Sequence record: NC_004348.1 | Source of the DNA: Salmonella phage ST64T | Length of the DNA: 32,000 nt | Reading direction: 5' to 3' (one strand) | In this document: piece by piece, positions 17,906 to 32,000 of the stretch | Numbering within the stretch: position 1 is the first letter of the stretch | Layout: every line of letters starts with the position of its first letter | Translations under genes and position numbers: made by a program | Notes under the pieces: generated by a model | The model's input: the letters and a program-made list of their open reading frames with translations, nothing else | The model's database searches: none | What the model was told of the DNA's origin: nothing

Positions 17906-18308
17906 CGCCATAGACGCCATTCTCTCACTACTCATCGACGACAAGTCACCCCACGAAGTCCACGTTAAAGCACCCAAGCGAACCAAAGCACAGAACGACC
18001 GTATGTGGCCGATGCTTCATGATGTCTCCCGTCAGGTGCTTTGGCATGGTCAACGACTGTCTCCGGAAGACTGGAAAGACATCTTCACTGCGCTGTGGCT
18101 CAAGACTAAAAAGCTGGAGCAAAGAAGCGTACCAGGTATTGATGGCGGTGTTGTTCTTCTTGGGGTACGTACCAGCAAGATGAGGAAGGCGAGCATGACA
18201 GAACTTATCGAAATCATGTTCTGGTTCGGATCAGAACGTAACGTGCGATGGAGTGATGATTCCCGGAGAGAGTGCGAATGGTCACAACTAACAGGGAGAG
18301 TTGCATGA
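17862..18308 (+). CDS. ninB: NinB (lambda Orf-family recombination mediator)
   Basis: 148 aa, [38 protein letters not shown]. Confidence 0.93.
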   Translation: MKQLFLLRNEAIRNNAIDAILSLLIDDKSPHEVHVKAPKRTKAQNDRMWPMLHDVSRQVLWHGQRLSPEDWKDIFTALWLKTKKLEQRSVPGIDGGVVLLGVRTSKMRKASMTELIEIMFWFGSERNVRWSDDSRRECEWSQLTGRVA

Positions 18309-18478
18309 AACGATGTTACCGATGCGGAGAAAGCAAAGACGATTATCGATTCCGGCCAAATCAACCTTATTGGCACCAATGGTGTATCAGATGTGATCGG
18401 TCGCCAGTAGGTAATTTCCCGCTGCCAGAGACGAAGGAGGACGTATGGCACGACAGCGACGAAGTATCACCGACATAA
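18305..18478 (+). CDS. Small zinc-finger-like nin-region protein
   Basis: [30 protein letters not shown]; two CxxC motifs. Confidence 0.65.
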   Translation: MKRCYRCGESKDDYRFRPNQPYWHQWCIRCDRSPVGNFPLPETKEDVWHDSDEVSPT

Positions 18479-18621
18479 TCTGCGAAAACTGCAAATACCT
18501 ACCAACGAAACGCTCCAGAAATAAACCCAAGCCAATCCCCAAAGAATCTGACGTAAAAACCTTCAATTACACGGCTCACCTGTGGGATATCCGGTGGCTT
18601 AGAGAACGTGCGAGGAAATGA
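18445..18621 (+). CDS. ninE: NinE (58 aa), absent from ORF track
   Basis: [58 protein letters not shown]. Confidence 0.92.
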   Translation: MARQRRSITDIICENCKYLPTKRSRNKPKPIPKESDVKTFNYTAHLWDIRWLRERARK

Positions 18622-18623
18622 CA

Positions 18624-18965
18624 ATGGATTATTCACAGTTAAGTGATTTTGAAATTAACCGAATGGTAGGAGACATAATTTTTAAAGGCCTTTGGGCATG
18701 TAAGCCGGAAACGTCAGGGAATAACACCAACAAATGGTATTACGGAAACGCTGATACAACTTTTGAGCCATTAAACCATTTACCTGACTACTGCAATGAT
18801 CCGAGTGCCTCATGGCCGATTATTGAGAAACACAGGATTTCTATCTTAGACCAGTTAACTGAATGGTGTGTGGATGCAAAAGGCGTAAGCCCAATATTTG
18901 ATACCAGACCTCTCCGCGCCGCCATGATTGTCTTTCTCATGATGCAGGACGCCAATAATGCTTAG
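18624..18965 (+). CDS. ninX: NinX (DUF2591)
   Basis: [20 protein letters not shown]...[10 protein letters not shown]...[11 protein letters not shown]. Confidence 0.88.
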   Translation: MDYSQLSDFEINRMVGDIIFKGLWACKPETSGNNTNKWYYGNADTTFEPLNHLPDYCNDPSASWPIIEKHRISILDQLTEWCVDAKGVSPIFDTRPLRAAMIVFLMMQDANNA

Positions 18966-19131
18966 CCCATCCCAATCCCTTCAATACCAGAAAGAAAGCG
19001 TTGAGCGGGCTTTAACGTGCGCTAACTGCGGTCAGAAGCTGCATGTGCTGGAAGTTCACGTGTGCTCCGATTGCTGCGCAGAGTTAATGGCAGACCCTAA
19101 CGGACAAATGCTGGAGGAAGATGATGAGTGA
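18958..19131 (+). CDS. ninF: NinF (57 aa), absent from ORF track
   Basis: [57 protein letters not shown]. Confidence 0.9.
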   Translation: MLSPSQSLQYQKESVERALTCANCGQKLHVLEVHVCSDCCAELMADPNGQMLEEDDE

Positions 19132-19426
19132 GTTACGCGCAGGTGGCATCGCAATAGTCATTTTTTCAGAAAACAAACCCGAAATTGGCAGATGCGTTGA
19201 GTTAATCGAAAAAGTAACAAACGGATATGTATTTAATTTTCCTGGTGCAGGTAAGCATGGGTGGCGTGATGATGCCCCTGGGTGGTTAGTTAAAGGCGAT
19301 GTATCGATTTATACAAACAAGCCTTCAGGTGGTTTCTCTTATTTTTACAGTGATGAACTCATGCCAATCGACGGAGAAGACTTCTCTCACGAAGATGAGC
19401 AACAGAAGGAGCTGGCAAATGGCTAA
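19124..19426 (+). CDS. Conserved phage hypothetical protein
   Basis: [27 protein letters not shown]..., overlaps ninF and next ORF. Confidence 0.7.
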   Translation: MSELRAGGIAIVIFSENKPEIGRCVELIEKVTNGYVFNFPGAGKHGWRDDAPGWLVKGDVSIYTNKPSGGFSYFYSDELMPIDGEDFSHEDEQQKELANG

Positions 19427-19709
19427 TCTACGCAAAGAAGCGCGCGGCAGAGAATGCCAGGTACGTATTTATGGCGTATGTAATGGCAATCCTGAAACTA
19501 CAGTTCTGGCACATTACCGGATGGCTGGAATTTGCGGAACGGGGATGAAGCCTGACGACCTGATAGGTGCATGGGCTTGTAGCGCGTGTCACGATGAAAT
19601 CGATCGACGAACCCATATTCTCGACAACAAAGACGCCAGACTTTACCACCTCGAAGGCGTGATCAGGACGCAGGCGATACTGCTGAAGGAGGGGAAGATT
19701 AAGGCATGA
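19419..19709 (+). CDS. DUF1364-family putative nuclease
   Basis: MANLRKEARGRECQVRIYGVCNGNPETTVLAHYRMAGICGTGMKPDDLIGAWACSACHDEIDRRT. Confidence 0.85.
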   Translation: MANLRKEARGRECQVRIYGVCNGNPETTVLAHYRMAGICGTGMKPDDLIGAWACSACHDEIDRRTHILDNKDARLYHLEGVIRTQAILLKEGKIKA

Positions 19710-20101
19710 AAACATACCGAATAAAATTGCCGTGGCCTCCTTCAAACAACCGATATTGGCGACACTCAAGAGGGGTCCACTACATCAGCGATTGGGGAAA
19801 GCGATACCGGCGAGAAGTAATCGAAATAATTCAGCAACAACAGCTAGACCTTAAAATCACACCCCGCATCAGAATCACCATTCTCGCAGCACCTCCCGAT
19901 AACCGCAAACGCGACCTGGACAATCTACCAAAAGCCGTTTTTGACGCACTCACTAGTGCGGGCTTCTGGCTGGATGACGGCCAGATAGACGATATGCGCA
20001 TCAAGCGCTGTCAGGCGATTAAAGGCGGAATGCTTGTGCTGGTAGTGACTGAGACGTGCGGGAATTTGCCAATGATTACGGAACTACTGGAGGCCGCATG
20101 A
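19706..20101 (+). CDS. rusA: RusA-family Holliday-junction endodeoxyribonuclease
   Basis: LPWPPSNNRYWRH...PPDNRKRDLDNLPKAVFDALTSAGFWLDDGQIDDMRIKR. Confidence 0.96.
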   Translation: MKTYRIKLPWPPSNNRYWRHSRGVHYISDWGKRYRREVIEIIQQQQLDLKITPRIRITILAAPPDNRKRDLDNLPKAVFDALTSAGFWLDDGQIDDMRIKRCQAIKGGMLVLVVTETCGNLPMITELLEAA

Positions 20102-20301
20102 CACACACTGTCAAAACCATTCCAGATATGCTCATAGAGACATACGGAAACCAGACAGAAGTAGCCAGGCGATTGTCGTGCCATCGAAACACAGTCAGGC
20201 GCTATCTGTACGACAAAGAAGCTAGGTATCACGCCATCGTTAACGGCGTTTTAATGATTCATCAGGGCGGGAGAGGTATCTATGACCGTAACCAGCATTA
20301 A
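20098..20301 (+). CDS. ninH: NinH (Fis-like HTH)
   Basis: MTHTVKTIPDMLIETYGNQTEVARRLSCHRNTVRRYLYDK... Confidence 0.92.
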   Translation: MTHTVKTIPDMLIETYGNQTEVARRLSCHRNTVRRYLYDKEARYHAIVNGVLMIHQGGRGIYDRNQH

Positions 20302-20461
20302 CCAGGCGAAACAGCAGCGTGAGCGTGACGAAGCCGAATTGCGCAGCGTCAGAGAGATGACGGAGCAACACCAGAAGGCAATGAATTATCTGCATGAGCG
20401 AGAGCGCGAACTGGTGAACCGGCTTGGATTGAACAAGCCAGCGGGAGGCGATGCTGCATGA
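20282..20461 (+). CDS. Small phage protein (59 aa, NinZ position), absent from ORF track
   Basis: MTVTSINQAKQQRERDEAELRSVREMTEQHQKAMNYLHERERELVNRLGLNKPAGGDAA; ATGA overlap with Q start. Confidence 0.65.
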   Translation: MTVTSINQAKQQRERDEAELRSVREMTEQHQKAMNYLHERERELVNRLGLNKPAGGDAA

Positions 20462-20976
20462 GTATACGAGAATTGAACCTCACTAAAGAGCAGCATGACT
20501 GGCTTAATGGGTGGCTTGAGCTATGGGGGGCATGGGTTTATTCGGGTCGTCTGGAAAAGCGCATGAGCAGCGTAATAGCGAAGTTCATGGAGAGCGTAGA
20601 GCCGGGAAGAGTTATGACAAGACCAATGTGCAATGATGATGATGGAATGTTGATTTCTCAGGTCGTCGATTCCGTCATGTACATTGACAAGAAAGCCTTT
20701 GGCATCCTCCTCAGCTACTACGCTCATGGTTCATCCAAGCGAGCAATTGCATCCTACTATCACGCGACTGCAAAGCCACGCAAGATGTGTGGACGGGGTG
20801 GCGATGGATGGAGAAAACCTTCACTGGCAACCTGTAGAAATGAAATTGACGACATCCTGAAAGCGTCATTATTTGTTTTATACCAGCCAATGCAAAATGC
20901 TTTCAAAATGCGTAAACGTGTTGAGAAAGTTAAGCATGTTGCTGTTAAAAGTCTTGACATGCAATTATCCATTTAG
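20458..20976 (+). CDS. Q: Late antiterminator Q
   Basis: 172 aa, MSIRELNLTKEQHDWLNGWLELWGAWVYSGRL...; positioned immediately upstream of pR'. Confidence 0.88.
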   Translation: MSIRELNLTKEQHDWLNGWLELWGAWVYSGRLEKRMSSVIAKFMESVEPGRVMTRPMCNDDDGMLISQVVDSVMYIDKKAFGILLSYYAHGSSKRAIASYYHATAKPRKMCGRGGDGWRKPSLATCRNEIDDILKASLFVLYQPMQNAFKMRKRVEKVKHVAVKSLDMQLSI

Positions 20977-20983
20977 CCATAAT
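20954..20983 (+). promoter_or_regulatory. Late promoter pR'
   Basis: TTGACA (20954-20959) - 18 bp - CATAAT (20978-20983), overlapping the Q stop codon. Confidence 0.8.
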
Positions 20984-20993
20984 TAGAGGGTAA

Positions 20994-21034
20994 GCTGCCG
21001 TTAGTGACTCTTAAGTTGCAACGGTGGCTTTTTT
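20994..21034 (+). terminator. Late attenuator terminator tR'
   Basis: GCTGCCGTT / AACGGTGGC 9-bp stem (two G-T pairs) followed by TTTTTT, about 10 nt after pR'. Confidence 0.8.
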
Positions 21035-21038
21035 ATTT

Positions 21039-21113
21039 GGGTCAGTCGTATAAAGGTCATTACGGAAGGCTGTTAACCTTCTTATCGTGGTTCGAGTCCA
21101 CGCTGTCCCGCCA
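21039..21113 (+). tRNA. tRNA-Asn(GUU)
   Basis: Acceptor GGGTCAG/CTGTCCC (one T-T mismatch), anticodon stem GAAGG/CCTTC, loop CTGTTAA, T arm CGTGG-TTCGAGT-CCACG, encoded GCCA. Confidence 0.85.
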
Positions 21114-21118
21114 AACAT

Positions 21119-21190
21119 GCTGGTTTAGCTCAATGGTTGGAGCGCCTTCCTAAGAAGGGAGTTGCGGTTCAGTTCCGTCAATCAGCACCA
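21119..21190 (+). tRNA. tRNA-like element with a shortened anticodon loop (degenerate or pseudo-tRNA)
   Basis: Acceptor GCTGGTT/AATCAGC, D stem GCTC/GAGC, ACCA end, CCTTC-CTAA-GAAGG hairpin; 72 nt. Confidence 0.6.
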
Positions 21191-21253
21191 ACCAATCCCG
21201 CTGGCAGGGATTGCAGGCCGTAGAGTATACGTGCCTTACCCTCTTATCTTCTT

Positions 21254-21275
21254 GCCCACCTAGCCGTGGGCTTTT
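21254..21275 (+). terminator. Rho-independent terminator-like hairpin upstream of holin
   Basis: GCCCAC-CTAGCC-GTGGGC-TTTT. Confidence 0.6.
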
Positions 21276-21375
21276 CATTCAGGCCGCCGACAATCACCCT
21301 CATAAGCCACGTAGCTATCATGTCGGACGGCCTTTCCCCACTACAAATACAGCACCCCGTTTCTTCGGAGGTGGT

Positions 21376-21693
21376 ATGGCAAAACGTATGAATGACGACC
21401 ATAAAATTGTAGGCCTGTCCTGGCTAATTCTGCTTGGAATTGCCTGCTGGGGCGGCTTAGTTCGCTACCTGATTGACGTAAAGCAGAATAAAGCAACATG
21501 GAGTTGGATAAACGCTTTCGCACAGATCGCGGTATCTGGCTTTACCGGTCTGATTGGCGGGTTGATAAGCGTTGAGGGTGGGCTTAGTTTTCACATGATC
21601 CTGGTAACGTCGGGAATTAGCGGGGCAATGGGTTCCGTTGCTCTAACCTACTTCTGGGAGCGTCTTACAGGGATGAAAAATGCAAACCAATAA
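21376..21693 (+). CDS. Holin
   Basis: 105 aa, three hydrophobic segments, gene order holin-endolysin-Rz; likely start MAKRMNDDHK at 21376 with GGAGGTGG upstream. Confidence 0.8.
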   Translation: MAKRMNDDHKIVGLSWLILLGIACWGGLVRYLIDVKQNKATWSWINAFAQIAVSGFTGLIGGLISVEGGLSFHMILVTSGISGAMGSVALTYFWERLTGMKNANQ

Positions 21694-22078
21694 GTTTAAA
21701 TTTTCTCAGCGTAGCGAGAAGAACCTGAACGGAGTTAATCCTGACCTGGTCAAAGTGATCCGCCGAGCACTGGAAATTACACCAGTAGACTTCATCGTTA
21801 TCGAAGGGGTGAGAACACAAGCCAGGCAGAAAGATATGGTTGCTACTGGGAAGTCACAGACGATGAACAGCCGCCACCTGAGTGGTAATGCTGTCGACAT
21901 CATCCCGGTTAACACTACCTGGAAGATTGAAGAGTTCAAGCCGTTGCTCAAGGCGGTTAAACAGGCAGCTGATGAACAGGGCATGAAACTACGATTCGGC
22001 ATTAACTGGAAGCATGATCCGTCACTGCCCATTGAAACCAAATTCATCGATGCCCCCCACGTTGAGATACCCGCATGA
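21680..22078 (+). CDS. Endolysin, peptidase M15 / L-Ala-D-Glu peptidase-like
   Basis: VIEGVRTQARQKDM...MNSRHLSGNAVDI...DAPHVEIP, zinc-ligand motifs SRHxxGxAxD and HxE. Confidence 0.88.
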   Translation: MQTNKFKFSQRSEKNLNGVNPDLVKVIRRALEITPVDFIVIEGVRTQARQKDMVATGKSQTMNSRHLSGNAVDIIPVNTTWKIEEFKPLLKAVKQAADEQGMKLRFGINWKHDPSLPIETKFIDAPHVEIPA

Positions 22079-22527
22079 AAATCAGCCTGAAGTCGCTGAT
22101 TGTGCCAGTTGTAATGCTGTTGCTAACGGCAACGGCATACATCTATCACGGCAAATATCAGGATGAATTGGCGCGAGCGGAATCAGCCGAAAGCAACCTG
22201 GTGCTGGCCAATCTAACAATAGCTGACATGCAGAAGCGTCAACGTGACGTAGCGAAGCTCGATGCCAGATACACAAAGGAGCTTGCTGATGCTAACGCGA
22301 CTATCGAAAGTCTCCGTGCTGATGTTTCTGCTGGTCGTAAGCGCCTGCAAGTCGCCGCCACCTGTGCAAAGTCAACGACCGGAGCCGGCGGCATGGTCGA
22401 TGGAGAAAGCCCAAGACTTACAGCAAATGCTGAACTCAATTATTACCGTCTCCGAAGTGGAATCGACAGGATAACCGCGCAGGTTAACTACCTGCAGGAG
22501 TATGTCAGGACTCAGTGCCTGAAATGA
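22075..22527 (+). CDS. Rz: Rz-like i-spanin
   Basis: 150 aa, N-terminal TM plus coiled coil, overlaps endolysin. Confidence 0.85.
   Translation: MKISLKSLIVPVVMLLLTATAYIYHGKYQDELARAESAESNLVLANLTIADMQKRQRDVAKLDARYTKELADANATIESLRADVSAGRKRLQVAATCAKSTTGAGGMVDGESPRLTANAELNYYRLRSGIDRITAQVNYLQEYVRTQCLK
22289..22474 (+). CDS. Rz1: Rz1-like o-spanin lipoprotein, embedded out of frame in Rz
   Basis: Lipobox LLVVSAC followed by proline-rich region; AAGGAG SD 8 nt before ATG 22289. Confidence 0.8.
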   Translation: MLTRLSKVSVLMFLLVVSACKSPPPVQSQRPEPAAWSMEKAQDLQQMLNSIITVSEVESTG

Positions 22528-22661
22528 TTCGTCAACCAAAGCGGAAGCAAAAGCGAAGTAGCCATTACAAAGCCCATCTACGGGTGGGCTTGATAATGAA
22601 ACCGGAGTTAATTTCTGGTCACCAATTAACGGCAGTACCACGTAGCAACCCAAGCCAGTAA
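22524..22661 (+). CDS. Small basic ORF (45 aa), uncertain
   Basis: MIRQPKRKQKRSSHYKAHLRVGLIMKPELISGHQLTAVPRSNPSQ; start overlaps Rz stop. Confidence 0.3.
   Translation: MIRQPKRKQKRSSHYKAHLRVGLIMKPELISGHQLTAVPRSNPSQ
22570..22591 (+). other. Strong hairpin without U-tract in late leader
   Basis: AAGCCCATC-TACG-GGTGGGCTT. Confidence 0.55.
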
Positions 22662-22822
22662 GTGGGGAAATAACACTGGCAGCCACTGAAAGATGAACCT
22701 CCTGCCTTATGGCAAAAAAGATTCTTTGTGGTGGCGGACTGATGGAAAGACATCGGTTATTGCAGGGGCTATTCAATGAGTGGTCTCGACAATGGCTTAT
22801 CCCAACAACCGGAGCCAACACA

Positions 22823-23065
22823 ATGGCAGAGATTACAGCATTGACAGAATTACAGCAGATGAACCTCGATATCCTCCGTTTAGTTCAAAGCGATACCGCA
22901 GCAGCAGAGAAAGCGATCGCATTCGTTGCTGGAAGTAAGCTGAACTTCGAACTGTTCAAAGACCAACTGGTTTTGGCGCAGGGTGAAGGAACGGCATTAG
23001 CTCGCGCAGAAAAGGCTATTCGTGAGGCAAAAGAAGCGTTAGACCTGTTCACTGCCGGAGCATAA
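22823..23065 (+). CDS. P22 Orf80-like protein
   Basis: MAEITALTELQQMNLDILRLVQSDTAAAEKAIAFVAGSKLNFELFKDQL..., exactly 80 aa, upstream of terS. Confidence 0.75.
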   Translation: MAEITALTELQQMNLDILRLVQSDTAAAEKAIAFVAGSKLNFELFKDQLVLAQGEGTALARAEKAIREAKEALDLFTAGA

Positions 23066-23068
23066 CGA

Positions 23069-23458
23069 ATGGCAAAGACGAAGTGGCCTAAACTTCCCCG
23101 GTTCTTCGTGCCATTGTTCCATAGCGCCAATGTCTACCTGTGTCGTTCAAAGGAAGAGTGGGATCAGGCTTGCATTCATCTTGGAGTTGGTAGCGGCGGG
23201 AATGAGATGCTGGCGGGGGCAACACAGTCATATTGCAATACCGAAACAGGCGAGAATCTTTACCTGCTTGGTGTATTCAATGGTGAGGCGGCCACATTGG
23301 TTCATGAATGCGCTCACGTTGCATTTTATGTCTGCCGAGATGTTGGTGTAACCACTTATCCTGGCGACGCAAACGAAACCTACTGCTACATGCTTGACAG
23401 AATGTTCAGTCACTTCCTGCCGTTCTTTCATGAACCAGAAAAAGAAGGAGCCAAGTAA
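23069..23458 (+). CDS. Putative zinc metallopeptidase-like protein
   Basis: 129 aa; LVHECAHVAFYV (HExxH), downstream NETYCYMLDRMF. Confidence 0.6.
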   Translation: MAKTKWPKLPRFFVPLFHSANVYLCRSKEEWDQACIHLGVGSGGNEMLAGATQSYCNTETGENLYLLGVFNGEAATLVHECAHVAFYVCRDVGVTTYPGDANETYCYMLDRMFSHFLPFFHEPEKEGAK

Positions 23459-23862
23459 TGGCAAACCCAAACTTCACGCCATCATGGCCTCTATACAAAG
23501 ATGCTGACGGTGTATATGTGTCTGCGCTTCCGATTAAAGCTATCAAATACGCTAATGACGGAAGTGCAAACGCAGAATTCGACGGCCCGTATGCTGACCA
23601 GTACATGTCAGCGCAAACAGTAGCCGTATTCAAGCCGGAGGTTGGCGGATATCTGTTCCGGAGCCAGTACGGCGAGCTGCTCTATATGAGCAAGACAGCA
23701 TTTGAAGCTAACTACACTTCTGCAAGCGGTTCAGTAGCTAATGCAGAGACGGCGGATAAGTTATCTACTGCCCGCACTATCACACTAACCGGAGCGGTCA
23801 CAGGTTCAGCGTCCTTTGATGGTTCGGCTAACGTGACTATCGAAACAACATCAGGAAGTTAA
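23458..23862 (+). CDS. Hypothetical protein with C-terminal tail-fibre-like repeat
   Basis: 134 aa; ...ANAETADKLSTARTITLTGAVTGSASFDGSANVTIETTSGS. Confidence 0.65.
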   Translation: MANPNFTPSWPLYKDADGVYVSALPIKAIKYANDGSANAEFDGPYADQYMSAQTVAVFKPEVGGYLFRSQYGELLYMSKTAFEANYTSASGSVANAETADKLSTARTITLTGAVTGSASFDGSANVTIETTSGS

Positions 23863-23865
23863 CTT

Positions 23866-24331
23866 ATGGCAGCACCAAAGGGCAACCGATTCTGGGAGGC
23901 CCGCAGTAGCCATGGGCGTAACCCGAAATTCGAGTCGCCTGAGGCGCTGTGGGCTGCTTGTTGTGAATACTTCGAGTGGGTGGAGGCTAACCCACTATGG
24001 GAGATGAAGGCTTTCTCATATCAAGGAGAAGTTACACAAGAGCCTATTGCCAAGATGAGGGCGATGACCATCACTGGGCTAACGCTATTCCTCGATGTGA
24101 CGCTTGAGACATGGCGACAATACAGGGTGAGAGAAGACTTATCTGAGGTCGTTACGCGAGCAGAGCAAATCATCTACGACCAGAAATTCTCCGGCGCAGC
24201 CGCTGATCTTCTCAACGCTAACATCATCGCCCGCGATTTGGGCCTCAAAGAGCAGTCGCAATTTGAAGACGTGACACCTGATAAGGGAGATCGCGATAAG
24301 CGCCGCTCTCGTATCAAGGAGCTATTCAACC

Positions 24332-24354
<23 letters not shown>
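23866..24354 (+). CDS. terS: Small terminase subunit (P22 gp3)
   Basis: 162 aa [46 protein letters not shown]... Confidence 0.97.
24134..24145 (+). promoter_or_regulatory. pac: Candidate pac site inside terS
   Basis: AAGACTTATCTG; one mismatch to the recalled P22 pac consensus AAGATTTATCTG. Confidence 0.7.
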
Positions 24355-30225
<5,871 letters not shown>

Positions 30226-30230
30226 CTAAC

Positions 30231-30251
30231 AGGGGCTTCGGCCCCTTTCTT
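30231..30251 (+). terminator. Rho-independent terminator/attenuator downstream of coat gene
   Basis: AGGGGC-TTCG-GCCCCT-TTCTT. Confidence 0.75.
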
Positions 30252-30265
30252 ATTTGAGGTGACAT

Positions 30266-32000
<1,735 letters not shown>

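Noticed and set aside
18050-18451. 133-aa antisense ORF over ninB
   Set aside because: Sense strand encodes a well-supported NinB; no supporting signals on the other strand.
22372-22821. 149-aa antisense ORF across the Rz end and the following gap
   Set aside because: Opposite to the late operon direction with no motif; the overlap with Rz/Rz1 makes it an unlikely gene.

Overview
This 32 kb window is most of the genome of a temperate P22-like (lambdoid, Podoviridae-morphotype) enterobacterial phage, probably infecting Salmonella. It is an intact phage molecule (or permuted assembly), not a host-flanked prophage: an uninterrupted attP with the 46-bp tRNA-Thr (thrW)-type core sits at 3044-3089 between gtrABC and int. 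Order from left to right: gtrC/gtrB/gtrA serotype conversion operon (-) with a paired-GATC regulatory region; attP; int and xis; a leftward accessory operon (several ea-type and unknown ORFs, an HTH protein, a Rad52-family annealase, kil, cIII, a gp17-like protein, a pentapeptide-repeat protein, N); PL/nutL; a LexA-type repressor; PR/cro; nutR; cII; O-like initiator with iterons; DnaB-type helicase (gp12); nin region (ninB, ninE, ninX, ninF, DUF1364, rusA, ninH); Q with pR'/tR'; one tRNA-Asn and one tRNA-like element; lysis genes (holin, M15-type endolysin, Rz/Rz1); Orf80; a putative zincin; a fibre-repeat-like ORF; and P22-type terS, terL, portal, scaffold, coat, an inserted ORF, gp4 and partial gp10. 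I recognise family memberships by recalled protein motifs; no database search was run. I found no clear stand-alone novel defence or other system. The best second looks are: a six-site candidate repressor operator set, a two-triplet 11-bp-phased iteron origin, attP arm repeats, a degenerate tRNA with a 4-nt anticodon loop, a frameshifted ea22-like gene, the 15-bp VNTR pentapeptide gene, a DUF550-like domain, and small unexplained genes beside the pac site and between coat and gp4.
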